From Thecamonas trahens ATCC 50062 (taxonomy: Eukaryota; Protista; Apusomonadida), in contig NW_013657657.1 of the NCBI RefSeq assembly GCF_000142905.1, positions 310,001 through 374,000 of the forward strand: 64,000 nt of DNA, read 5' to 3'. The notes beneath the pieces are model-generated. The model ran no database searches. It was not told the origin of the DNA and worked only from the letters and a program-made list of their open reading frames with translations. Below are positions 52,881 to 64,000 of this stretch, one piece after another. How positions within the stretch are numbered: position 1 is the stretch's first letter; each line of letters starts with the position of its first letter. Made by a program: the position numbers and the translations under genes.

Positions 52881-54041
52881 ATGGCAGACAAGACTGCAGC
52901 GGGTGCAGCATCGGCGGCGGGTTTGGATGCAGCGGGCGTAGTGGCGGTGGCGGATGTGACGGTGGTGGCGGGTGGCGAGGAGGCTGCGATGAGCGCCGAC
53001 GCTCTGGGCCTCCCCACGGCGTTTGGTGGCTTCAAGTCGCGGAAGAAGAGGCGGAGGAGGCGGCCGCATGCTCGTGGCGAGCGAAGAGTGAGAGCCAAGG
53101 GTGTAGACGGAAAGCCTGTGGTGCCTGGGGTCGGTGATGACGAGCACGGCTCGGCGAGCGGGGATGGTGGCCGTGCGGGCGGCGAGGACGACGACGGCGG
53201 TGGCGGGGACGGGAACAGGGACGGAGACACCAACGTAGAGGGGGATGAAGGCGAAAAAGAGGCAAGCGAGTGTATTCCAGTGTGGGATGCCGCATCGCCG
53301 CTGCACAAGTACTGGCGGCAGCGGCATCGGCTCTTCTCACGTTATGATGAAGGGGTGCAGATCGACGACGAGGGCTGGTTCTCGGTGACACCCGAGGCGC
53401 TGGCGGCGCACACAGCAGGTCGGATGGTCGGCACGCTGGCGGCAGAGACTGCGCCGCGGGCGCCAGTCATCTTGGATGGCTTCTGCGGGGTAGGTGGGAA
53501 CAGCATCCAGTTTGCACTCGCCGGCGCCTGGGTCATCGCCGTCGACAACTGCGCCGAGCGGCTCGAGGCCGCCCGCCACAACGCCAATGTCTACGGCGTT
53601 GCTGAGTTCATCACCTTTTGCCTCGGTGACTACTTTGATGTCGCCGCGCGGCTTGCAGGATCGCCCCAGCCGGTCGATGGCGTGTTCCTCTCGCCGCCCT
53701 GGGGTGGGCCGGGCTACGTCCGCAGCCCGCACTTTGATGTCAACACCGATTTCCCGGCGCCGCTCACATGCGCGGCCATCATGGCTGCCGCTCGCACGCT
53801 CTCGCCACACATTGTGCTCTTTCTCCCCAAGAACTCAATTCTCGACTCGATCGCGCGCCACGTCCGCCCTGCCGACGCCACGGGTGCTGGGCCTGGCCTC
53901 GAGATCGAGCGCAATCTCGCCTTTGGAAAGCTCAAGGCCATCACTGCCTACTATGGTCCCTTGCTCCCAAACGAGTCGAGCTCGAGTCCAGCCGCTGGCC
54001 CGAGCGCCAGCCCCACCGCCAGCCAGCTCGCGAGCGGCTAA
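52881..54041 (+). CDS. TGS1: Trimethylguanosine synthase
   Basis: KYWRQRHRLFSRYDEG..DDEGWFSVTPE, DGFCGVGGNSIQFA, ARHNANVYGV, VFLSPPWGGP, FLPKN and KAITAYYG. Confidence 0.95.
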   Translation: MADKTAAGAASAAGLDAAGVVAVADVTVVAGGEEAAMSADALGLPTAFGGFKSRKKRRRRRPHARGERRVRAKGVDGKPVVPGVGDDEHGSASGDGGRAGGEDDDGGGGDGNRDGDTNVEGDEGEKEASECIPVWDAASPLHKYWRQRHRLFSRYDEGVQIDDEGWFSVTPEALAAHTAGRMVGTLAAETAPRAPVILDGFCGVGGNSIQFALAGAWVIAVDNCAERLEAARHNANVYGVAEFITFCLGDYFDVAARLAGSPQPVDGVFLSPPWGGPGYVRSPHFDVNTDFPAPLTCAAIMAAARTLSPHIVLFLPKNSILDSIARHVRPADATGAGPGLEIERNLAFGKLKAITAYYGPLLPNESSSSPAAGPSASPTASQLASG

Positions 54042-54103
54042 TCATCGACTGCCGCGGCCGAGAAACCCAGCCACATCAGACAAACGATTGCGGGCTGGTG
54101 GGC

Positions 54104-54342
54104 ACATGTCCTCGCTGGGGCCAAGCGCAGTGGGTCCCGTCCAACCGCACCTATGCAGCTCGAACATGAGCTCCGATCGTATCTTCAGCCGTGGTCTTCA
54201 TCAACCTGACCTGTGCAACTGATGCCTTGGCCCGCAGTCATCCGACATGGGGTATTGGGGCCCACTGCTGTGGAACCCATCCAGTCGCGCGTGTGCAGCT
54301 CGAGCATAAGCTCCGATCGTCAGCGCTAGTCTCAATCTGACC
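54104..54342. repeat. Diverged intergenic tandem duplication, ~140 bp period
   Basis: tgcagctcgaRcatRagctccgatcgt at 54154-54180 and 54294-54320, with similar flanks (ggggcc.., ctgacc). Confidence 0.75.
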
Positions 54343-54446
54343 AGCAGTAGTGGCCAGTGGCATCAGCGTGGCCGTGTCGCCCGCGTCGCCAGCTTCCGAT
54401 GCCAATGGTCCAATGCTTCCACACGTCTCGCCACGAAAAGAAACGA

Positions 54447-57400
54447 ATGGCGTTGCAAGTGGGCCTCCTGTTGGCTGCCATGCTGGTGGCCACGGCAGCA
54501 CACGCTGCCGCATGGGGACAAGCTGACCTAGCCGCCCATCCCTTTGGCTACCCCGTTGGTCCTTCTCTCGGTACCTTCCCCTTTTCGCCCTCCCTGCCAC
54601 TGTTCCCCCCCCCCCTTTCCCCCGCCAGCGACTCCCGTGTGCGTGCGTGGATGTCACCTGTGGGCTTTTCTCCGCCACCGCAACCCCTGCCCCCCCCCCC
54701 CCCCGCCTCCCTTTTTTCGTGTCTTTTTTTTTTCCTCGTGGCCATCTTAGTCACCTGCTTACGTATGCGTACTCACTCACCACGCACATTTACCTGATGA
54801 TCTTGGCTCTGGGGAACGGCCGCGGTCTGTTTGGTATGGGCTGTCATCGGCGGTATTATTTGCCATCTACAATGTCACGCTGCTCATGATTGCTTGATCT
54901 GTCACTCGAGACAGTGGCGGGCGACGGGACCACGTTTCCTGCGACGACGCTGGATCCGTGCTCGGAAAAGACGTTCACTGTCTTTGCCAATGTCACACAC
55001 CTGCCCGAGTACCTCGAGGTCCAGGTCGAACTTAGTAGCCCTGCTGTGGGCACCAACACGGTGACCGTGCAGATGGTCCGCGCGCTGTCGGCTGGCTCGA
55101 GCGACGTCGTGCCGATTCCGGAGCTCGTGTGCACGGTTGCGGACGGCAAGACACAGTGCAATGCGCCGCTACGGGTGGCGTGCCAGTACGCGGCGACCAA
55201 CAACTCGGTCTACTACGTCACCGTCTCGACACAAAGCGACGGTACGCTCCCAGTCACTTTCACCCTCAGCGCTAACGTCGACTCGGTGACCATCGTGCCG
55301 ATGGCCATCGACAAGGCTACGAGCGCAACGGCCGCCCAGCCGACGCCGACCATCCTTGCCCAGGAATATATGTTCTTCTCAGTCGACATCGACGCCAAGG
55401 CCATTGCCGCTGGCTCGCAGCTCAACTTTACCGTCCACCAGGCTGCCGCCAACCAGTTTGCGGCTGCTTATATCAACCACGATGCACTCGCCTGCGCTGA
55501 GGGCGTCGCATGCTCGCTTCCTGTCCACTACTCGGACGGATGCACCTTTGCCGGCAACGCAAAGTGCACGTTTTACGTCGACACCTGTTCGCTTGTGGCC
55601 CACGGCGCCGGCACGTACGTCGTCGCCCTCAAGGTCGCCACCGCAGGTTCCACCTTTACCATCACGCCTGGTGTCTCGCAGCCGGCTGTCATGCCGCTTC
55701 GGTCAGGCGTGCCAGTCGTTGCCGCACTTCCGGACACCAAAACCATTGCACTTTACTACCTCGATGTTCACGCTCCCGTCGACGTCGCCACCCTGACTAT
55801 CGAAGTGACCCAGGTCGAGAACGGTGTCGTCAAGGTCGGTCAGGCGTTTGAGGCGCTGCCGTTCGAATCCTGCGCCACCCACGGTGGGAGCGACACCTCG
55901 GTTGTCTGCGCCGCCGCAGACGCCTTTTGTCACGCCACCACCCAGGGCTGCAAGCTCTTTGTCGGTCGTTATTACTTTGGCGTCCAGGCAACAACTCTCA
56001 ATGTCGCCAACCGCGACGTTACCTATGTCATCGAGGCCACCGCCGTGAGGCGCGATGGAACCATCCGGCTCTCGTCGGGCGCGCCCGCGCTGCCGCAGAC
56101 TGTCCAAGCCACGGCGTACAAGTTCTACGAGCTTCCTCAGAGCCGCGGCGAATGGATGGACGTCCACCTCTACCTCGACTCGACGCCCGACCTGCCGGGC
56201 CTCACGCTGTACATCAATCCCGGCGCACTCGCCGGTGCCGGTCCGCAGTCGGCTCTCTGCTACGACCACGTCCAGCACTGCTCGGTAAGCGCAGGCAACA
56301 ATCCCGGGTGCACCCTTCAGATCTCGCAGTGCGACCTCGGGTCTTCCCCTTGGTTTGCGTCGGTCGTCGGCAATGTGGGCAACTTTTATGGTGACCCCAT
56401 CGCGTACACTATCGAGTACTCAGTCCGCTCCGCCATCGCCCTCTCGCCTGGCTACGTCAAGCCACAGTCATTTGCCGTCAAGGCTGGCATCTACGACCAT
56501 TACGTCATCAACGAGCCGTGGCTCGGCAAGGAAGTTGTCGTCGTCCTCAACGCCACGCTCTCGTCGGTTGACTACTTTATCAACTACGGCTCGCTCGCCG
56601 GTGAGTGTCCGTGCTACCACTCTATCACTTCAGGCTCGCTCGACGCTCAAGGCGGCACCCGCGACTCGATCGCCATCCCGCTCAACAACTGTGGCAACGC
56701 GCCCGGGCACGGCAAAATCTACATCGCCATCCGTGGCACAGACCAGGCCTCGCAGTACTCCAAGTACATTGTGAGCTATGAGATCCACGAGGCGTACGTC
56801 CCGCGCCGACTTTCAGCCGGCACGACCCACGATCTGGTGCCTGTCGGCGACTCCGTCCAGTACTGGGAGGCCACCCGCCCGCCTTCAGACGCCTTCCTCC
56901 GTGTTGCCATGAGTGGCGGCATCGGCGGCGTTGTGGTCCTCGTTGACGACGCCGAGAATCCCGGGTGTCGTCCCTCGCAGAGCGTCGGCTACTGTCTCCC
57001 TGAGCTCGGCCTCGGCTCCGAGTGTCTGGTCGTTGTACCACCGTGCGAGCTTGCGTCGACCTCTTCTGTCGTTCTCGCTACCAGCGGAACCGCAGCTGCA
57101 GGCTATGGTCTGCAGTACTCTTACGTCCACCCGCAGGTTGTCCGCCTCTCGTCGGGGCGGCCCGAGGCTGCACGCCTCGGCTACGGGGTGCCCGCGCGGT
57201 ACAGCATCAATGTGCCCAACAATGCGTTCTCGTCGGTCGTCATCGAGCTCTACCTTGATGCCGGGCAGCAGGGAACGGCAACAATGTACGTCTCCCACGG
57301 CGAGGTGCCCGGCGCCTCTCCGTGCTTTGACGCCCAGCACGAGTGCTCCACCAGCGAGCGCTGCGCTATCGTGTTGGACCCGTGCCAGGTCGCTCCCGGC

Positions 57401-60400
57401 GACTACTACATCGCGCTCCACTCCGAGTTCAACCAGGCCAACATCGCCGACCTCGGCTACACCATCAAGGCCACCGTCAGTGACGCAGTGGTCAAGGCCT
57501 CCGGCCCGGCCCCGTTCTCGGTCTCGCTCTTCGAGTCGCAGGTTGTTTACGTCACCTACGAGACCTCGGACGTCGCCAGCAAGCACGGCTCGGTCTACTC
57601 GGTCGAGGTCGGCAACGTGGCCGATGGCAGTCTTGCCATTGACATGTTCTACGGCGCGCCGCAGGAAGACTGCAAGTGCCTCGTCTATGCCCAATCGCAA
57701 AGCCTGTCGACGTCGACAGCCTTTGGCTACTTTGACGTCGACTACTGCCAGGTCAACTCGCGCTCAGTGGTGACTTTCAAGCTAGAGGCGACTACCGTCA
57801 AGTCAGCGCCGCAAACGCTGCGCCAGCTTGGCGCTACTCTCACCTTTGCTGATCGTCAGCACACCGTTGTTCCGATTGAGGTTGGCGTCGCCTCGGACGC
57901 GGTCTCGCTCGCCAACCGGCAGTACGTCATGTACCAGGTCACGTCCGCTAAGCCGGTCCTGGCCGCCGCCACCTCGCCGCCGCCGCCGCCCGCGGTGCCC
58001 AAGATCACCACCGTTACTGTCGACAACGTCTCGCCGTACCAGGCTGGTGTGATCGAGGTCTGGGCCGGGTTTGACTCGCCTGCCACCGCCTCCTGCTCGC
58101 TTCGCAGCCTTTGCTCTGGCGTTTCCAACTGCTCGGTCCAGATCTCGCCGTGTGAGGAGAACATTCACGCGGGCAAGCCGCTCTTTGTCTCGGTCCGGGC
58201 GACGACGGCGACCACAACGCCGGTGACGGTCACGACCATGGTGTCCCAGGATGAAGTGCGCAAGCTCGCGCCGAGTGCGACGCAGACCATCACTCTCCAG
58301 GCTCCGCGGTCAACGGTCGTGGCACTCGACGCGGTCCTCGCCGTCAACTCGGCGTTCCGGGTCGTCGGCCAGAGCGTCGTCAACGGCGACGTGCGGCTGC
58401 GGATGCTGCCTTCGCTCTGCCAAATCGGCGATACGAGCCAGTCTTGTGTCATCCTCGACGGCGGGGAGTCATGCTCGATCTCAGCCTCGCCGTGCACTGC
58501 ATACATGTCGCCGGACACCGCAGGCACCTTTTATGTCAGCGTCGAGGCGCTCAAGGGTTCCCCGAGCGTTACGCTCGAGTTCCAATCTGCCGTCGTGCAG
58601 ACTACGAGCCTGTCCCAGGGCGTGAGTCAGTCGGGCACTCTCCTGCCGCAAGCATGGACCTCGTACTACATGACCACGACGGGCTTTGGCCTGGCCAAGA
58701 CTCAGCGGCTCGCCATCACCGTGACGCCGACCTCGGGCGCGAGCGACCTCAAGGTCTATCTCCGCAAGGGCGAGCTGGCCTCCAACTACGTCTGCGCCTC
58801 GGCCGAGTGCGAGACCAGCAAGGAGACGAGCGGCAAGTGCGAGATGGCGGTCGGCGCGTGCTGCCTCGAGCCAAACACCAACTACTTTGTCTCGATTCTC
58901 AACGCGCACCAGGTGGGCACAGACGGCACCACCTTTGACATTGTTGCCACCCAGACATCGGCGGCGTCGACGCCGCAGGCGCTCCAGCTCACGCCCAACC
59001 CGACAACGGCTCAGCTCCAGCCGCAGGTCTACTCCGAGTACTCGTTCTCGCTCGACGGAACGGCAGAGTACGGCTCCTCGGTGACGATTGTGGTCAACAC
59101 GACCGAGTTTCGTGGCAGCGCCGTCGACGTCTTTGTGGCCAAGGGCGAGGTGGCCGGCGCCGGGACGGTGGTGCAACCGGCCAACCCGCCAGCGTGCTTC
59201 ACCTCGTTTGCGCAGTGTGAGGGCAAGGCCGAGTGCGTGGTGCAGCTCTTTGCCGAGTGTCATGGTGTCGACGGCGTGCCGACGCTGACCCAAGGCACCT
59301 ACTACGTCGCAGTGCGGCCGAGCACTGGCGGCGCGCCGCCGCCACAGAGACAAACGCCTGCTCGGCCACCGGCCACTCCGACGCGTACTTGCTAATCTCG
59401 CAATACTCGACCACGATCTCGCTCGGCTGCTGTTGGCACTCCCGTGAGCACCACTGTTGCGCCAGGCGTCAACGCCCAGTTTGTGAGCGAGGTTGTGGCG
59501 CCAAACGCACCGTACACGACACTCGAGCTCGACGTCGCTCTTCACACCACCGGCGGCTCTGCGCAGGTGTATGTCAACACCGGGCCGTGGCTCTCGGCCG
59601 GACCTGCCAAGCCGTACTCATCCGGACCTGCGGGCGTGGCGCTTGCCGGCCTCGCCTCTACTTCGGCATGCTTTAGCGCATCGCCTGCGGTCGGCACCAC
59701 TTGCACGGCCGGTACGCCGTGCAAGATCAGCGTGCCGCTCGCGTTCTGCGGCGGTATGATGGTCCGGGTCGGCGTGGTGGGAGGAGCAGGCGCGTCGACC
59801 GACGTGACGCTCACGCTTACCGCCAGTGGTAGCTCAATCATGCTGGCATCGGGTGCGACAGTGGCGCTGCCGGCAGCCTCTGGCGACACGTACTACGAGA
59901 TTCTGCGCGAAGAGCTCGAGTACGCGGTGGTGGCTGTCGGCGCCAACTCGGATGTCACAGTCGCAACTTCGGGTGAGCAGGTCTGCTTTGGCCTCGGCCC
60001 GCAGTTCCCGAGCCTCTCGTGCACGACGTCGACCAATGGGACGTGCTCCAAAGTGCTGACGGTGTACGAAACGAGCTACAACTCGGTGTGGTTCAAGGCG
60101 ACGGTTGCAGGCACGGCGCCGCCGACGCCGCCACCCAGCCTAACTGTGACCACACGTCCGCTGCCTATCGTGCCGCTAGCGGCGGATGGAACGATCCACC
60201 AGCTGTACGGAAAGGCCGAGACTGCGGTGGCGTATGCGTTTGAGGTGCCGGATGGCTGGGTCGCTCCCGGCCAATCGCTTGTCCTGAGCGTGGGTGCGCC
60301 AAGCTGCGGCAGCATGAGCGTGTACGTGTCAGCGGATGAGATCGGCGGTCAGCTGCAGTCGATGCAGAGCTGCAGCAGTGGGTGTAACGTGACGCTCGCA

Positions 60401-63400
60401 AGCGCATGCGGCGCCCTCAGCAGTTCGGTCTCGGGGCGGACATACTACGCAACCGTTGTTCTCGAGTCGACCGACTTTCCGCAGTATGCCGAAGTGGAGA
60501 CGGTCTTCAGCCTCCAGCTCCGGCGCGAGGGCGACGTCACCAGCTTTGGCGCGCTGTATCTTGGCGGGGCGAGCCCGGCTGCCGATAGCTCCGGCCAGAT
60601 GCTGAGCTACACGTACGGGCTGACCGGTAAGGTTGTGTCGAACTTTGAGTCGCTTGTGGTCAAGCTGGCGCTGCCGGACGACGCGCGCGGGGTCGGGGCT
60701 CTGACTGCAGCAGTGGGCACGCCTGTGCGCGGCTGCGCAACGTCGCCCAAGAGCTGCACAGTCCAGGTTGGCGAGCGCGAGTGCTCGATCTCGTTTGCGG
60801 TGTGCGAGCTGCAGCCGGCGGCGACGGCGCTCGACGCGTTGTACGTGACAAGCTACGAAGTCGACGGAAGCGGTCAGCTGGCAAATGCGTCCATTTGGCT
60901 CCTTCCGGACTTTGGATTTGTGCAGGAGATCCGTCGAGACAGTGAGTTTAGTGGAGTGATTTACTCGACGTCGAGCGAGGCGTATGTGGTGCCGCTGGAG
61001 AACAACCGGCTTGTGGATGCGCCCGAGTTCCAGCTCTCGCTGGCTCTGGAGACGTTTGGCATGCCCGGCGTGCTTGGACTTGCGGCGGCAGCGAAGCCGT
61101 CGCCGCAGTGCGTGACGCCTGCAGGCTCGCTGCCGAGCGAGATCGTGGTCGAGTATTGCGAGATTAGCAAGTACGCGTCGGAGTGGCCGGTGGCCGAGCA
61201 GGCGTTTGTCTCTGTGGTCGCCAACGCGCCGGGCAGTGCCGAGCTTGTGCCGTATGCACTGAGCGCGCAATTTGCGCCCGAAGTGATACGGGTGGGCGCC
61301 GGGCCAACGTGCTACACTATGGGGGAGAGCGGGACGATGTACTTTGAGTCGACGCTTGCGCGCGGCGCGGTTCGGCTGTGGGCCAATGTGACGAGCTCTG
61401 CAAGCGACGTCACGCTGCATGTCAACGTGGGCCGGCTGGCGTCGGCCACGTGCGGCTACGTGTCGTGCAACGTGGCGAGCGGGGCGTGGGAGGGCAACTC
61501 GTGTGTGGCCGAGGCCGAGTGCCCCCTGCTCCAGCCTGTGAGTGGAAAGCATCTGCCTGGTTTCATGACGGTGAATGCGAGTCCGGGCACCAAGTTTGTG
61601 CTCTCGTCCGGGGTGGTGGCGCTCAAGTCTATCCAGAAGCGGGTGGTGATGGCGGAGCCGCTGCAGATCGAGGGCGCTGGCGAAGCGGACGTGTACTACG
61701 AAGTCTCGCTTCCAAACGAGGTGCGGTCGGCGACGACGGCGCTGGTGGTGTGGGCCGTCGGGCTGGACGATGTGACGTACTCGGCGTATCCGTTCCCGAC
61801 CAATGGCGAGCAGTGCGGGATTGCCGGCGAAGCATCGATGGCGACGAGTTGCGTCGGATCCGCTGGGCTGGAGCGGGTGTGCTACGCCATCGAGCCGTGC
61901 TCGTGGTCTTCGGGTAAGATCTGGCTCCACCTCAAGAAGACGGCGCCGCTGACAAGCTGGCCGTACAACGAGACGTTCACGGCGGCGTGGAGCGTCGCCG
62001 TAAGCGTGGTCGACTACGTTAACCTCGGTGCGGCGCACGCGCTGGATCCGACTGGGGCGAGCGTGGAAGTTGTGGGCATGCCCGGCAAGCTGGCTGCGTT
62101 TGAGGTGGATGTGAGCAAGGTCGATGCGTTCCGCGAGCACCTGCATTTTGCAGTGAGTGGGCTCAACGCAGGCAGCCTGTGGAGTGCGGTGTATGTGACG
62201 CCGATCGACGGTGCGGGCCACGGGTGTGCGCCGGTTGGTGATGGCGCCGGAGTTGTGACGACGACGGGCGGTAGAAGTCACAACCTAACGGTGCCGGTCT
62301 GCCGGTTTGCGGCAACCAAGTACTACGGGCTTGTGCTGCCGCTCACGGGAGCGACGACCGAGTGTGGGACGGTGTCGTACACGATGGGCGCGCGAGTGGA
62401 GACGCATCTTCCTGTGACTCAGGTGAGCGCCAAGCTCGGGCAGAACGTCGGAGTGAGCCTCAACGGCGGCGGCGCCGGTGTGACAGTGCAGTACGACCGC
62501 AGCGCTGGTGGGTGGCTCAACGAGCAGGCGCTGGTGGTGGATGTGGCGCCCAAGAGCGGCGTTCAGATCCATGGCTCTGTCATCCGGCAAGGCGGGCTGG
62601 AGCCGGACTACGAGCTGTGCGAGGTGGCGCTGGAGGGCAGTCAGTACGTGACGGTCATTCCGTCGTGCCTCATTCGGGCATCGAACAATGCCGAGTCGCA
62701 GGTTATGGTGCGGGTGTTTGGCGAGTCGAGCGTGATTGCTACGGCGCCTGCGCTGGCCAACGTGACGGTGCGTGCGGCGCGGTACGAGGTAATGACGTCG
62801 GGCCGGACGTACAGCGGCGAGCTGGGATGGCGTGAGGGCGACGCAAGCTGGCTCGACACCAAGCTGTATCAGGCCAAGATCAGCGGCGGAGCGTCCACAG
62901 GAGTGGTGGTCGACGTTGGTGAGGGCGGTGGCAAGGTGATGGTCGAAGTGCGACCCGGCGGGTGCTTCAACGACTACAGCGCGCCCGACAAAGGCTCGGG
63001 GTACATGGAGAACTCGGCGGTGTTCGAGTGCTACGGCGGTAGGTGCGTGTTTTCGTTTGATCGGCTGTGGACAACACCGACAGCAGCAGGCCAGAGCGAT
63101 ATGCTGTACAACATCCTCGTGCGTGGCGCGCGGACCAAGTACAGCCTGACGGTGGGCAACGGGCGGGGCAACTGCGGCAGGCATCGGTCGGCGTTCTGCG
63201 GCGCGGCCGCCAACTCGTGGCGGTGGCTTGACGATGCATCGCAGAACGACGGCGCCGAGCAACTGTTCACCAAGCTCTACTGCGCCTTCCACAAGTGCGG
63301 CTCGCAATGTCCTGTCGAGGTGAGCAAGCGGTGCAACGATACGCTGCGCGCGTTCGCTTGCGCGACAACGTACCCCGGATGCGATAGCCACGGCCTTCTC

Positions 63401-63769
63401 ACGCCGCCGTGCCTCTCGCTCTGCACAGCGGTGGAAAAGGCTTGCGGCGAGAAGTTTGCGGCGGTCAGGCTGGAGCAGTACGACTGCACACATAACTACT
63501 TTACGCAAAAGGGCCCGTGCACTGGGCTGCCGTCGACCGGCGCTGGCTCCAGCGGGCTCTCTGCGGGACTCATCGTCCTCATTGTCCTTTCAGTGCTGGT
63601 GGTGCTCGGCGCGGCCGGTGCGGCAGTCGTCTGGTTCCTCCGGCGGCGGCAGCGGAGTGATGGCTACGAGCCCGTGCCGAGCGACGAGGCGATCAACGCG
63701 CCGACACCGACGCCTGTCAACGACCCTGGCCCGCCTCCTGCCGGCGAGGTGGTGCCGGCCGAGGCCTGA
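54447..63769 (+). CDS. Giant (~3000 aa) Cys-rich type I membrane protein: signal peptide, many beta-sandwich repeats, Frizzled-like CRD, one TM, short tail; intron probably 54571-54914; interrupted at 59342-59427
   Basis: Signal MALQVGLLLAAMLVATAAHA. ORFs 54890-59395 and 59444-63769 are in the same frame and share the repeat pattern. CRD CNDTLRAFACATTYPGC..PPCLSLCTAVEKAC, TM LIVLIVLSVLVVLGAAGAAVVWFL followed by RRRQR, and tail GYEPV. Confidence 0.82.
59342..59427. repeat. Exact 86-bp inverted copy of 61132-61217
   Basis: Base-by-base reverse-complement identity. Confidence 0.95.
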
Positions 63770-63784
63770 GTAAACATCAGTCTT

Positions 63785-64000
63785 TTACAGTTGCTCGCCA
63801 AGGGTGCTAAAAGGCAGAGGCTCCGAGACTGCCGATGCATTGCGAAGACGGAGGAAGAACGTGGTGCCAGGAGGAGGGAGCGGGAGGACGACTGAGGTGG
63901 CGCAGCCACCGTAGATAGGGGCGTAGCCCGGTGATGCTGGCGAGGTGGCGACAACTTCATAGACCCAGCCTGCATCCACAAGGGCCGCATCCAGCGGCTC
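63785..64000 (-). CDS. 3' end of a gene ending in a fibronectin type III-like domain (truncated by the window)
   Basis: WVYEV..IYGGCATSVVLPLPPPGTTFFLRLRN..SEPLPFST matches the FN3 C-terminal half pattern. Confidence 0.55.
   Translation of the reverse strand, partial: EPLDAALVDAGWVYEVVATSPASPGYAPIYGGCATSVVLPLPPPGTTFFLRLRNASAVSEPLPFSTLGEQL

Noticed and set aside
59428-61131. Invertible phase-variation segment between the 86-bp inverted repeats
   Set aside because: Flipping the interval would not restore an open frame, and no recombinase gene is present in the window.
60329-63508. Long minus-strand ORFs (650 and 407 aa) opposite the giant receptor
   Set aside because: Arg/His-rich antisense shadow frames expected at this GC content.
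1-64000. Transposase, reverse transcriptase, viral genes or tRNAs
   Set aside because: No such motifs or cloverleaf structures were recognised by eye. A tRNAscan or Infernal run would be needed to exclude small RNAs fully.

Overview
Gene-dense, very GC-rich eukaryotic (protist-like) genomic DNA with few GT-AG introns, C- or G-homopolymer-rich intergenic and intron tracts, and three N gaps. The style suggests a flagellate such as an apusomonad, but that is inference only. About 30 protein-coding genes are supported. Housekeeping genes include a USP4/11/15-type deubiquitinase, a CaMKI-type kinase, DDX49/Dbp8, HYOU1/Grp170, delta-COP, TRMT11, FZR1/Cdh1, EXOSC8/Rrp43, TGS1, MFSD2- and SLC38-type transporters and an Mpv17 protein. 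There is one dispersed 5S rRNA gene (15752-15870, minus). Highlights: (1) TAAA coincides with or closely follows stop codons, and convergent genes lie only 3-34 bp apart, suggesting a stop-coupled polyadenylation signal; (2) a ~3000-aa Cys-rich single-pass receptor with a Frizzled-like CRD is interrupted by an exact 86-bp inverted copy of its own downstream sequence; (3) unusual domain fusions occur (Grp170 with a cadherin/He_PIG-like domain, an AGC kinase with hSac2, a RasGEF with AIR9/SCAB-like Ig-PH); (4) a novel duplicated Cys/His metal-binding module, a divergent nucleotidyltransferase, a Mic26/27-like protein and a putative mitochondrial SAP-domain protein are present. All family assignments come from motif recognition by eye, not database searches.
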